From NCBI GenBank assembly GCA_028534125.1, contig CM052817.1, positions 12,464,001 to 12,528,000 of the forward strand: 64,000 bases of DNA, read 5' to 3'. Below the pieces are notes generated by a model. It had not been told where the DNA came from and searched no databases. It saw only the letters and a program-made list of their open reading frames with translations. A program made the position numbers and the translations under genes. This document shows, piece by piece, positions 1 through 12,975 of the stretch. Every line of letters begins with the position of its first letter. Position 1 is the stretch's first letter. Source of the stretch: Lama glama (lineage: Eukaryota).

Positions 1-4
1 TTAA

Positions 5-145
5 TGAATAAATAAATTCCTTCTGTATTTGTAAAGTAGAGGTGGAAGATATACCTACTTCATAGGATTAGGGAAGAGAATTTGCTGTGAGCTGTTTACT
101 GTAGTACCCAGCATGTAGTGAGGGCTTAATATATATTAGCTATTT
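5..145 (+). mobile_element. MIR SINE, 3' part, degraded
   Basis: 'tttgtaaagtagagg...acctacttcataggatt...agtacccagcatgtagtgagggcttaatatatattagctatt' resembles the MIR core and 3' end. Confidence 0.55.
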
Positions 146-289
146 TAGTATATATACAAACAGAAAAAAGTTGAGGGATTGCATTTTCATAGAAGAAAAT
201 AGGATTTGCATATTTCACATTTCTGAAGGGAAAAAAGTAAGAACAAGTAACAAAAATTGGTAGGACATAAAGGAAGCATAATGCAAATA

Positions 290-440
290 AGAAAAACTAA
301 AATGAAATGACAAAATTAAGACCAGCTATATCTGATGTGATGATGATAAGTGTGAATGTGTTAAAACTCTCCCATAAAAATTTCTCAGGTTGAGTTTGAA
401 ATACTTAACACAGCTCGATATTGTCTATAGGAATCACATG
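290..440 (+). mobile_element. Ancient L1 fragment, start of the ORF2 endonuclease region
   Basis: 'atatctgatgtgatgatgataagtgtgaatgtgttaaaactctcccataaaaa...tattgtctataggaatcaca' resembles the coding sequence for ISIITLNVNGLNSPIK...CCLQETH. Confidence 0.45.
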
Positions 441-3145
441 GGAAATGTGCCTTGTATATGGTTTATTATCAAAGCCACTACAAAAATGTATGTGTGTGAA
501 AGGAACTCTTTTAGAAATAAGTGAAATGCCAAATGGAAGCATTTCCAAATGTCAGTCAGGACAGTAGATGGTTTGAAAACTACAGACATTTTATTGCCAG
601 ACTAATTTGACAATGCCAATACATTAATTACTTAATTAAAAAAATAACTCTAGTGCTTTATTTTTTGAATATATTATTTTCTCCTTTATGAACAAAGCCT
701 CTGAATAACTCACTATGTAGAGGGTCCTAGTAAGTTTGTTCCTGACAATTTTTACTTATTTTCAGAGAGAAATTTTTTAACATCTTATGTTTGCCAGGTA
801 AATTGTTCAATGATTGACACTGGAGAAGAAAATATTAAAATATTCAAGTGTAGCAAGCTAAAGGGTTTTTATATATACTTGGAAATCCAAACAATAACAT
901 TGAACAAGCATCTCAGTGCTGCAGCAAAGTTAAGGAAATTAGAGACAATTACATGGGGAAAAAGCTTGTAATTAGTACAGTTATAGTTAGAAGAAGAACT
1001 CCTCAAAACTTCCCTGGTGAAAATGCCTTTATTAGCAAGCCACAGCCTGAGGCACATTTATTTGTTTTCTTTTGTACTTATTTCACCCTTTAAATAGCAA
1101 TCCACATTAGACGCTTTCTTAGACGTCTGAGTTGCTCTGCTTTCTTTCCATTCGTTATCCTCTTCAAATTATAGTGGAATCATTTCAATTGACATGCTTT
1201 GTCATTGTTCTTTTTTCTCTCTAAAGGCTTTTTATTCAATTCTGTATTTATTTGCTCATCTCCTTAAAAAAGTGATAAGAAAATCAAAGTCCCTTATCTT
1301 TAGAAACGTAGTTTTTCTCCAAATTTACTTAAAGTATCTTTTTCCCCCCTTTCCCTATGCTTTCCTCCAGCCATAGAATATTTGTTCTTAAATGATCAAA
1401 TAATGTTATATGGTACACCTTCAAGAACTATGAATTTGTACAATTTAAAATTAATTTTGATTCTCAAATAAATTTTTATTTTCATACTGTCAGTCTACAG
1501 GAACTTGCTTTATTTCTCTTTTGGGATCTTAAATTTTGGGATAGGTTTACTGAATAAATTAATAGCTCAATCTTTGTGATAAAAACTACTTAATATGTAC
1601 TAGTGTAAAATAAACCTCTATAACTTTAAAACTTCAATATTTTCTTCTCCGTGAAACTTTCAATATACAAAACTATCTAGAGTAAATGTGAAATCATATT
1701 TTCCCCAATAAATGCTCTCCTTTAAATATTAAGGTGGAAAGTCAACATAAAAAGTGTATTAATTCCTCTTGCTTGAAATGCTCTTAGTAAATCGTTCTCT
1801 GTCCAAAAATGAGAAAATGTGGAATATTAATTCTAACTCCAGACTAAATCACTCACCAGTGAAGAGTATCTGTTTCTAAATTATTTCAATCATTCTGAAA
1901 CTGCAAATAAAAATATGCACAGTATTTTTAAGAATCACAAGCACTTTGAGATTTATGAAATGGGGGAACCTTAGCCATTTTTCCATTCAGCTGTTGCAAC
2001 CCTGAGAGTTATTGATGGATTAACGATATGTGTAAGTGGCAGTGATATAAGTAGGTGGAAAGTTTCAGAAGTCTGGAATGTGTAAGTTTTATGTCAAGTG
2101 ACTTTGAAATGGAGAACTCCTGCAGTTCACTTACAGCAACATGAAATAGCTATTCACTTAGGTTCCAATTTTAGCCTCTATAATTGGTTTGCTGAAAAAC
2201 AATAATACAAAATTCTTATTCAAGCAATTTTTCTATAGCAACAAGGCTTTATTTTATTACCTATGTATTTTGGTTTAGTTTTTAAGAGTCAGGTAATTCC
2301 CAAAGAGGTTTGTATGTTTCCATTGAATTTTTAAAAGTAATGTGTTTCCACCTTATAAATGAAAGATAGGATGGAAGGTTAATTTTGCAGTGGGAGAAGT
2401 TAAGGAACCAGAAGACCACATTTGTATTTCATTCCAGCAGACAGTTTACCCCATTTGCTCAATGGGAGCCAAGTGGTTACTTCCATCAGTGGTTAATTAG
2501 CAGGGGATGCAATTTCAATATGTTCTGAGACGTAGACTTTTACGTACATATTTTATCCATTTTACATCTAATCTTCAAAATCATGGCAGCTGGTCAGTGG
2601 GACAGACGCTGGGTTCCCATGGCTCCTGCCACTCAGTGTGTTTTGTGGGACCACCTGGTAGACAGGACAAAACCAGATGCCTTTTTGGTCTTCAGTCACC
2701 ATAGTAGATAGTATTACATGAATAGTGCATTTTCAAGAAGGCCTATACAAGAAATAAGTTCATAGGGATTATGCATGCAGCAAAAGTTATATACAATATG
2801 AATAAACTTTATCATAACACACAGCCTAGAATCTTTGAGAAACTTCAAGCAAATCTTCACCTATGGAATCTTTAGAAACTGGATTTAAATATGTAGATGC
2901 TTTCAATTCTCTGCTAAATACCTATGCATGGTACTAAAGTCCATAGCTCTGTCTTCTTTTAATGTTTATATAGACCTGAAATTTACTGACTTTCTGAATC
3001 TTACTTGGCTATTTATACACATGTCTCCATTGTATCTGATTCCCAACTAAAAGAAAAATGTCCTATACCTCCTTCTCAATTAAAAAATATCATTCTTTTA
3101 TTACTCTTTAAGTTGCCATTGTTCTTCAGTTGGACAAAGCTGTAC

Positions 3146-6015
3146 ACATAAATTTGACAACTTAGCTGAAATAAACCAATATCTAAAAAACCCCCACAAA
3201 CTACCACAATTCATATAATATAAAATAGATTACTTGAACAGCCCTGTAACTCTGAAAGAAATTGAATTCATAGTTAGAAACCTCCTTCCCACTCAAGAAA
3301 AATATCCAGTCCAAATATGTCACTGAAGAATTCTACTATATTTTAAAAAAGAACAAACATCAATTCTTTTTATAGAAAATAGAGGAGGAAGGAATATTTC
3401 TCAGTTCATTTTACAAAAATAAGCTAGTATTACCTTGATAGCAAAATTAGACAAAGAAAAAAGCTATACCAATATTCTCTTGAATATAGATGCAAAAGTC
3501 CTTAACAAATTATTAACAAACAGAACTCAGCAATACATAAAAAAGCATTAAACACCAATATCAAGTGAGGTCTATTCCAGGAAGTCAAAGCTGGTTCAAT
3601 ATTTAAAAATCAATCAATCTAAACCAGATTACATGACCATATTGATCTATGTAGAGCAGTCATTTGACAAAATTCAACATTCACTCAACATTAAAAAAAA
3701 AAAGTACTTTCAGGAACATAGGAATAGAGGAAAACTCTTCAACTTGATAGAGTATATTCCAAAAACCTACAGCAAGCATTGTACTTAATGGTAAAAGACT
3801 GAAGTCCCCTACGTAAGATCAAGCATAAGCAAGGATGTCTCCCCCCAATACTTTTATTCAGCACAACGATAGAAGTTCTTGCTAGTGCAAAAGGGCAAGA
3901 AAAAGGAAATTAAGGATTACAAATCAGAAAGGAAAAAAAATAACTATTGCCCTTTTTGCAGATAACATGCTTTTTCACATAGAAAATTGCTAATTACCTA
4001 CAAACAAACAAGATAAGACAAAGAAAACCCTCCTAGAGTTAACAAATGAGTTTAGCAAGACTTTAGAATAGAAATTAAACATGTAAAAATTAATATTTTT
4101 ATATACTAGCAATGAACTTGAGGACATCAAAATTAAAACATACAATACCAATACAATTGTGCAAAAAATAAAATACTTATATGTAAACCTACCAAACAAT
4201 GTGCAAGACTTTTTTATGCCAAAAACTACAAAATACTGAGGGAGGAAATAAAAGACCCAAGTAAACAGAAAGCCATTATGTTCATGGATTAGAAAATTGA
4301 CATAGCAAAGACCACAATCTCCTCAAACTGATGTACAAATTTTACAAAATTCTTATCAAAATCCAGCAAGAATTTTTTGTAAATATAAACAGTATTATTC
4401 TAAACTTTATATGACTAGACAAAGAAACTAGGATATCTAAAAAAAAATTTGTAAAAGAAGAATAAAGTGGGAGGACTCAGTCCATCTTATTTTAAACTTA
4501 TTATATACCTCTCATAATCAAGAGTATAGTATTGTCGAAGGAATAGACACATAGCTTCTTGGAACAGAATTGAGAATCTAAAAAGAAATCTACACAAATA
4601 TGCCCAACTGAAATTTGACAAAGATGCAAAAGCAATTCCCTGGAATAATTCTAACCTTTTTAACAAATGACTCTGTAGCAAATGGACATTTAAGAGTAAA
4701 GATAAATAAATAAACAAATAAAGAATTTGAGCTAATTCTTATATCTTATACAAAATTAACCCAGAACAAATTATGGACTTATTTTTTGGTGGGGATGAGA
4801 TAATTTGGTTGGTTTGTTTGTTTCTTGTTTGTTTAACTGGAGGTACTCAAGAATGAACCCAGGACCCTGCACATGCTAACCATGTACTCTACCAATAAGC
4901 TATAGCCTCCCCACCCCTGGACTTAAATATAAAACGTAAAATTATAAAACTTCACCAGAAAACATAGACGATCTTTAGGATCTAGGATTAGGCAAAGATT
5001 TCTTAGATTTGATAGCAAAATATGATCCAATAAAAATTGCTAAATTATATTTAATCAAAATTTAAAAGTTTCTTATTGTGAAAAGCCCTGTTAAGAGGAT
5101 GAAAAGAGAGTTAGAGTCTGGGAGAATATACTTGCAAAGCACCTATCCAACAAAGGATGAGTATCTCGGATATACAAAGAATTCTCAAAATGCAACACTA
5201 AAAAATAAAATAAAAACATTCAATTAGAAATAGGATTGAAAAATAAGAGACATTTCATTGGCTAGGATATACACTTAGCAAATAAGCACGTGAAAATATC
5301 TTCACCATCATCACCCATTGGAAGGCAACTTAAAAACACAATGAGATATCATTATACATCTATTAAAGTAGCTGAAATACAAAAATAGTGAAATAACTAA
5401 ATACTAGGAAGGATGTAGAGAATCTCCATCACTCCTACATTGCTGGTAAAAATTTGAATGGCTCAGCCACTCTGGAAAATAATTTAGTGGTTTCTTAAGA
5501 AATTTAAATATGTGATTACCACATGTCCTAGCAATTGAACTCCTATGCATTTTTCCAGAAAAAATGAAAACTCATGATCACATGAAAATTTTTACACAAA
5601 TATTCAGTACCTCTTTTCATAATGGCTAAAACTTGGAAATAACATAGATATTTTTCAGTGAGTGAACAGTTAAACTACATCCATACCATAGAGTACTATT
5701 CAGCAATGAAAAGGAACAAACTACTGCCACATGCAGCAAACTGGATGAAACCCCAAATAATTATGCTGAGTGATAAAGGCCAATCCAAAAGAGTTGCTCT
5801 GTGATGCCATTAATATATTATCCTTGAAGTCACAAAATTTAGAAATGGAGAACAGATTAGTGGTTGCCAGAAGTTAAAGTATATGTAAGTGTGGAACTAA
5901 AGTGAGTGTGGTTTTAAAAACGCAATATGAGGAATCCTTATAGTAATGGAAATATTCTTCCATCTTGACTTTCAAAATCCTAGTTGTGATATTATATTAT
6001 ATTTTTGCAAGATTT
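3146..6015 (+). mobile_element. Old 5'-truncated L1 (ORF2 reverse-transcriptase region to 3'UTR), disabled
   Basis: Continuous L1 ORF2-like sequence ('tagatgcaaaagtccttaacaaat', 'catttgacaaaattcaacat', 'ttcatggattagaaaatt', 'cagccactctggaaaataatttagtggtttctta') followed by a 3'UTR; many stops. Confidence 0.9.
4782..4917 (-). mobile_element. tRNA-derived SINE (vic-1-like, camelid) inserted in the older L1
   Basis: Minus strand reads GGGGTGGGGAGGCTATAGCTTATTGGTAGAG (A-box)...CCTGGGTTCATTC (B-box-like), then an AAAC-rich tail. Perfect 8-bp TSD tggactta at 4774-4781 and 4918-4925. Confidence 0.85.
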
Positions 6016-7290
6016 AAGGAAATTAATAATAATGATGGTTCAAACAAGTCTAAGGGTTAAAATTTGGAGAAGCTCCAATTTCAGCATTTTCTTTCCAGCT
6101 AGTTCTTGGTAACACTGGTGAGGCCAGATATACTCAATATTCAGAAAATACAAGACACAAATACATAGACTTGTCGATTATGTGGTAGAGACATCTAAAT
6201 TTTTTATAAGGACCACTGCTAATGCCATAAAAACATAAAAAAGTAAAATATGGGAATATGTGTGGCTATTAAAAGACCAAACTAAAATTCAAATTCTTAA
6301 GATCAAGACAATGTAAATCTTAAATATGAAATGTGTTTATTTTGTGTTTGTATAAGATATAAAACAAATAGAGTAAATGCAGCTTTAAAAGGTGATTCAT
6401 TTCGTAACTTACATAAAACAGACATTTTGAAGTTGAGCTAGGGATGGAAAAAAAAGAAAAGTGCTCTTGTTACAACCAATCTTTGCTGAGTTTTCACTAC
6501 GCTTTCAGCAGAATGTAAGGCATAGTGTGGAATGTAGAACAGCATGGGCCACAGTTCTCATCTCCGAGGACAGCACATCCAGTTGAGAAGACAATACCTA
6601 CATTTACAAGACAGAATTGATCTATAGAAAACAGGATATTTTTTACCAGAGAGTTTCACGGAATTGATTGAAAGTCCAATAAGAATTCAGACAACAAGGC
6701 TTCCTGCTCTCCATCTTGACAATAAAGATTTTAAGAAGATGAATGAATTAAATAAAGTTTTGAAAGACGAATGAAAATTGTCTGCAAAGAGATGTAAAAG
6801 AAAAAGTCAAGGTAAAGTTTATGAAAGAAGCCAAGAGGACAGAGACTAGCAGGAAGAGTATGTCTTAAAAAAAAAAAATGGAGAACAAAGGAAATAGATA
6901 AGTAAAAAGTTTGATTAAAGAGATCTTGAAAGCCAAGGGGGAGGCCAGCCAGAAATAGTCAGTCACAGGAGAGTCTTTGAGCAAGGAAGTGACTTGATAA
7001 AATTGGCTTTAAATAACTTGATGGAGAGACTGGAGCTAGAAAAGTAAGCAGGGAGAAGAAGATTGAAAATAAGTCATGAGGTAGGAAGCTAAGCTAAGCT
7101 AAAGTCTTGGTGCAGGGGATGGAGATAATTTATCAGAAGACTTAATGAAGGAATTGTCAGTGTGGTGTAATTTCAGAAAACATATACATTGAATCTCAGC
7201 CACTCTCAGGACTACTTAATAACCAAACAAAATAACTGTCCAATGACAGTAAAACAGAAAAGGTGTGCACCTGTTTGCGTATTTAACTAC

Positions 7291-7780
7291 TGTTGACTGA
7301 AATAAATGCACAGCCTAAAAGTTGAGAGTTATGTTTTATTTGGCGGACGTTTCTGAGGTCTTGAACCCCTTCGAGCCCGAGATGACAGCCTCTCAGATGG
7401 CTCTGAAGGACTGCTCTGAAGGGGTAGGGGAGGAGCCAGCATATATAGGAGCTTTACAACAAAGACCAGGTAGTTGGAACATTAAAAGATTGCTTGTTAA
7501 CTAAAGAAAACCATGCATCTCAAGTTAAAGAATTTAGCACTTTTCTCTGTATGGGAGGAAGCAAACATTTGGGCTCCTTGAATTCATTCCTTTGACAAGC
7601 ACCTGGCTCTCTAGGGCCAGTATCCTGTCCTTTCTTATTCTGAGTCCCCTCAGAGTGCACCATGGTGAGTAGCTGCAGAGGCTGGGCTGCAGGCTTGTCT
7701 TCACTGGTGGTTGGCGGCAGTGGCTGATGACTTCAGCATTCTTTGTTTACTGATGTGGTTTGCAGTATTTTTCGTTCACA
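7291..7780 (-). mobile_element. Solo ERV LTR (ERV1-like, cetartiodactyl type)
   Basis: TG...CA termini (tgttgactga...ttcgttcaca), 490 bp, 4-bp flanks ctac/ccac (1 mismatch). The minus strand has TATATA near 7441 and AATAAA near 7335. Confidence 0.85.
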
Positions 7781-8814
7781 CCACCAATTCACCTAACTCA
7801 AGGAATCATTTTTATATTAAATGAATGAAAGAAATGAAGTACCTTTACTGAAACACACCTTAATGAAAATTGTTAAGTAGCTTGATGAGTGAAGGATTTG
7901 AATCATATGCCAAAAATAAGAGAGCAAAATCAAAGTGCTAGCTTTTGGTTCAGTGGAGTAACTTACAGTTTCTCATCTAGTCCTTTGCTCTCTCGTAGCT
8001 TTATTACTGGGAAGAAGGAAATTTCTTCCCCCTTCATCACCTACATATTTCAGTTGTCTTAAAAGATTAGCTCACATTTTGAATTCTTACCCTGTGCACA
8101 GGCTGAACAGCACACCTCTTCTGCATCCCACTGCTGTCAAAGCACTTTCTACATTTTATTATAATTTTGTATTTACTGAACGTCTTTTAATTAGATGATG
8201 AACTCCCTTTTTGAAAATTCAGAACAGATTTACAAGAAAGAAAAAATCAGGAAAAACAAACCCAAAACACAGTGTAGAGTAAATGGCTAAGTGACAAAGG
8301 CAACTTCTGTCCTCAGAAAACTTCTATTTGAAGTTCAAGAGGATTGGGAGAAGGACAATCACCCCTGAAAGGAGGTCTCAGATGAGAGTAGAAATTATGT
8401 ACAATGAAAACACTTAACTGGCAGGTAATTCTCAGTCCAGGAAAGCCCTGCATATTCACACATACGCCAAGTGCACATGTATTCACCCGTATTTGGCCTC
8501 TTCCCAAATATTTTGTGAAAATTCTACTTTCTGCAGTGGTCAGGAATGAAACTCAACCTGGCTTTCATGGCTTTGGTTCTCTCTTCTCATTCTATCACCA
8601 TTTTCCTGATAAATGTCCTTCATGAGTGGAAATACATGAAGGCCTGGATACCTTCTCCTTTGACATCCCTCATTTGGGAAAAAGAATTCATGGAAGTAGA
8701 CGTCATGGATCATGACAACGTCTCAGACCGTGCCCTTTCATTATTAAAAACTGAGAAGCAGCTTCCCCGAAAATTAAACTACAATGTGTGAAACTAGTAA
8801 AGTAAGACTCTCAG

Positions 8815-9049
8815 ATTTGCAGATACTAATATATATAAAGCAGATAACAAGTTCATACTGTATAGCACAGGGAATTACATTCAATATCTTGTAGTAACCT
8901 ATGGTGAAGAAGAATATGAAAACCAATGCATGTATGTTCATGTATGACTGAAGCATTATGCTGCACACCAGAAACTGACACAACGTTGTAAACTGACTAT
9001 ACTTTGATAAAAAAGTATATATGCAAAACAATTTTAATTAAGGAAATAA
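8815..9049 (+). mobile_element. Young L1 3'UTR tail, 5'-truncated
   Basis: 'tgtatagcacagggaattacattcaatatcttgtagtaacc...tgacacaacgttgtaaactgactata' plus an A-rich tail. Perfect 11-bp TSD aagactctcag at 8804-8814 and 9050-9060. Confidence 0.9.
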
Positions 9050-10659
9050 AAGACTCTCAGGCAAGATGTGAGGTTAAGTAAGGTTATGTCTTGCTCTTAG
9101 ATTTGCAGTAAGTAGTTTGAAGAAAGGAATCCTAAAACCCCAATTCAATGGCCTTTGGGTATCTAGTTTGCAGTGAGCTCCCAGAATCAGTCTCTTCTTT
9201 CAATCTTTGAAGTTCAGACACTGTTGCCCTTCACATTTTGGAAACTGCAATGCAGGAAGCTCAAGTACAAGCCTGGGGTGATGCCTGTGGAGTCCCACTC
9301 TTTCATCAAAGTGACTTTGGGAAACTAACTTCCTTCAGTGGCTTCTGGGGAAAAAGATAATTGATTCTTTGGGGTGGCTGTTGATTTAACTCGCTTCACT
9401 ATTCTTGTTTTATAGTTTTGTGTGACATATATACAGCATCCAGGGAGCACAAAGAGATGGAAATATGCACCAGGTTAACATGCTTTATTTTCACTGAAAT
9501 AAAATGACATTTAAAAAGCAGGGACACAGTAATATCTGTGTTTCTTCCTCACAAAACTCTCAATAATGTATAATGCTGATTTCAGTCCTCAGTTTCTAGA
9601 TAAGGCTGCCCTCACCTCAAACTCTGTGTGGCTTTCAACAACACTGGCTTATTTCTCACTCCCACTAGTGGTGATGGGTTTCAAGGGACTCTGAACCTCA
9701 TGCGCTCTCATTTCAAGATTCAGGCTAAATGAAGGGCCCCTTCTCGGGACATACTGCTCTGGTAGCAAAAGAGAAAAGCAAGAGAACCGGCAAAAACATG
9801 CTATGGGTACGCAATTTCAATTACAGTCCACCAGCCAAGCAGGTCATTTGGCCAGGGCTGCCAGTGGGGCAAAGGACTATACTGTTCCCTCGGAAAGCGC
9901 TGAAAACCAAAGGGTGATGAACAGGGAGGACTGCGGCTCTAACAGAGAAAGGGGAGCAGATAATTGGGAATTTACACTCAGCATCTGTTTATATAACAAT
10001 TATTTCTCTTGGCCCCTTTTTATTTCCATTTCCCTTTTACCTCTTCCTCCATTTCTACTCCTTTTTCTTCTGACAGCAAAATATTTGTAAAAACACCCTG
10101 TTTCAATATTGCTCAAATGTGAGTGATGTAAAATACAATTTTACAGGGAAATTATACCTGTGGATTCCTGCCATTGAATTATTTTTATCATAATGTTAGT
10201 ATTTAAATATTTACAGAATAAAACCAGCATAATTTTCTTGTGCTTATATCTCTTTTACAAGCAGGAAAGAAAAATAAATTTATACATTAAATACAACAAA
10301 ACTGCAAAATATTAACATTTAACTTTAAACATTAATTTATTGTGCCCGGTGATAAGGTTTTGCATAAACTATCTCAACTATGTCAAGTTAAATTGTGGAA
10401 GAAGTATTATCTGGCCCAGTTCAGGGATAGTGTTTTGACTGTAATAATGTTAATGTGGAAAATGCCTATTTGCATTAATATGTGTAAAAATGACATTAAT
10501 GCATTTAATTTATCTTTTTATCTTCCAAGACCTGCAAAGGTGCCTGGTTCATAGCAGATGTAAAGAAATTATATGTCAAACTTTATTTACCAGCTCGTGA
10601 TAATCAGACCCCATATTTAACAAATGTTTAAGAAAATGATCCCTCAGCTGTTTAGTCTA

Positions 10660-11140
10660 ATGAGTGCCAGGCACCCTGTCAGGCATGGAGAATATGATGA
10701 AAAGCAAAAGAGATTATTTCTTAGCCTGTAATAAATAAAGGAAAAATGTGGTAAATGTTAAGATGTAGAATTATCTATTGCTCCGGAATATTTAACAGGA
10801 CAATTAATCTAGTTGGAAAGATCAGAAAGTTATGATTGAGGAAAGATAGGAAGAAAAAGAAGAGTTAATCATGGAATAGGGGAGAGAGGGAGAAGGCATT
10901 TCTGGCAGAAAACAACTGTGCAGGTATTGTGGTGCGAGAGGACACAGGGGATCAAATAAGACCAGTCTGCTAGACCACAGGGAGAAAGAGGAAGCACGGG
11001 GTGTAATACTGCTACAGAGATGCATTAGATGAGGTATTAAGCATTAGTATTGTGAAAGTTTTTATTTTAAGAAAAAATGGAAGGTACAAATATGTTTTAT
11101 GCAGAGAAACCTGATCAGACATATAGCACAAAAATAAGTG
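10660..11140 (-). mobile_element. L2 LINE remnant
   Basis: 'tgagtgccaggcaccctgtcaggcatggagaat...gaaggcatttctggcagaaaacaactgtgcagg' is typical antisense L2. Confidence 0.5.
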
Positions 11141-12454
11141 GCTGCAGATTGTGGTCAGGTGAGAAAGTAGGAAGATCCTTTTCCCATAAACCTGGGGGAA
11201 AAATGCAAAAAATAAACCAAACCAACTCACACACACACAAAATCATGTAAAGCCCCAAATATCTTTTCAGTGATTTGTAAATTAATAAAACCAAAGGCAT
11301 AAAATGATATGAGAAGCATTTTTGCTTCAAAAAGTCCTGCTGAACTTAAAAGAGTGTACATTAGAAGAGTGGAAATCTGTGACATTCTGACTGAAGGCTA
11401 TTTCTTAACACAGTCACATCCCCATAAGTTAGTACACATGAAAGTTCTGCCAGAGTAGGGAAAGGCATAAGGAACAGCAGCTTCTGCTGCCATCAAAGGG
11501 GGCTCCCTCACTTTGTAGGAATGGCAATGCCCACTCTCAGTGGCAAGAAGGACCAATGGCTCTATTAGCCTGATGCAATAGTTATTACCTACAGGAATAT
11601 CTTTGAGGCTTGATTGAGGCTAAGACATAGAGGACCTAAGCCAACCACACACTCCTGACCAAATCTGAGGATGCTCACATGCACACAGAAAACTAAAAAT
11701 GGCTCAGTGGAAAGTAAAATCTGGAGTAGATATGAGAACAATCTAAATTTGAATGCACTTTCTTACACATGCAGATACAGCTCATATGCAGAGCATAAAA
11801 ACCTTATGATCTTGGGAGGGATGAGCATAACCTTAATTATTAGTTGATGACTAAGGTATATAAACATTGAGTAACCTCTTAAAAATAATTAAAAAAAAAT
11901 AATAAAAAAAGGAACTGAGCAAAAACATCAGTAGCAGCACACTGAAAGCAAGACAGAGTTCATAGATTAAGCCCTAACAATCATTAAATGAAAAATAATA
12001 AATAAATAAATGAAATAAACAAAAACCACAAACCATCATCATGGGGCAGAAATCAGAGTCCAGAGTTACTACAACTAGTTTATCTAAAATGTTCTGTTTT
12101 CAACAAAACATTTTTGAGATATGTGAAGGAACAAGTGTGATTCAACTTATGAAAAAACAGTCAGTGCAGACTATTTCTGAAGGGTCTCAGGTGTTACATT
12201 TAGCAGATAGACTTCAAAGCTACTATAACTATGTTCAAAGAGCTAAAGGAAAGCATAACGACAATAAATCAAAACTAGATATGCTAAAATTTCTAAATTA
12301 AAATTAAGAACTAAATTGAAATTTAAGAGTGGAAAGGTACAGTAACTGAAACTGAAATTTGTTAGTGGGACTCCACAGCAAACTGAATAACTAATTAAAA
12401 ATCTATCTTATAAGAGAAGCCCCAGCCCAGATGGTTGCGCTGGAAAATTCTCTC

Positions 12455-12975
12455 ATAGATATATTTATTGAAGTATAATCAATTTATAATGTTGTGTCAA
12501 TTTCTGGTGTAAAGCATAATGTTTCAGTCATACATATACATCTATATTCATTTTCATATTCTTTTTCATTATAGGTTACTACAAGATGTTGAATACAGTT
12601 GCCTGTGCTATACAGAAAAAACTTGTTGTTTATCTGGTTTTGTGAGGATTTCCTTGTTTTTCTGATGTAAGAGATATTCTGCCAAAGTTCAGTAGGTATT
12701 CTGTGTGATTTACTCCATATACAGCTGTGGTTTTTGCTGTATTTGTGGGAGAGGGTAAGCTAGTCGTCCTTCTACTCTGCCATCTTGGCCCAGCTCAGAA
12801 CGAGTGTTTCTTGAAATATCTTTTTTTTTCTTTTTCTTGGTCTAGTTTCACTTGCTCACAGGGTGCTGTGTGCAAAGGACTCGCACCTGGTCCTTTAGAT
12901 CAGAGTTCTTGGTGCGAAACAGCTGTGCCTGACCCTTCAGCTGGCTGGGCCATGTGCAGAGACATTGCATCTGAC
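12455..12975 (-). mobile_element. Composite insert: non-L1 leader + L1 5' end fused to an L1 3'UTR tail
   Basis: On the minus strand: 12975-12797 is unique sequence with an A-run; 12796-12634 is an L1 5' end (GAGCTGGGCCAAGATGGCAGAGTAGAAGGAC...CACAGAATACCTACTGAAC); 12633-12460 is a young L1 tail ending TATACTTCAATAAA. The host L1 ORF2 resumes in register on the other side. Confidence 0.75.

Noticed and set aside
766..797. Micro-exon-like ttttcag...ccag|gtaaat on the plus strand
   Set aside because: Isolated, ~32 nt, with no partner exons or recognisable peptide.
4860..4917. tRNA-like A and B boxes
   Set aside because: They are the head of a TSD-flanked SINE, not a tRNA gene.
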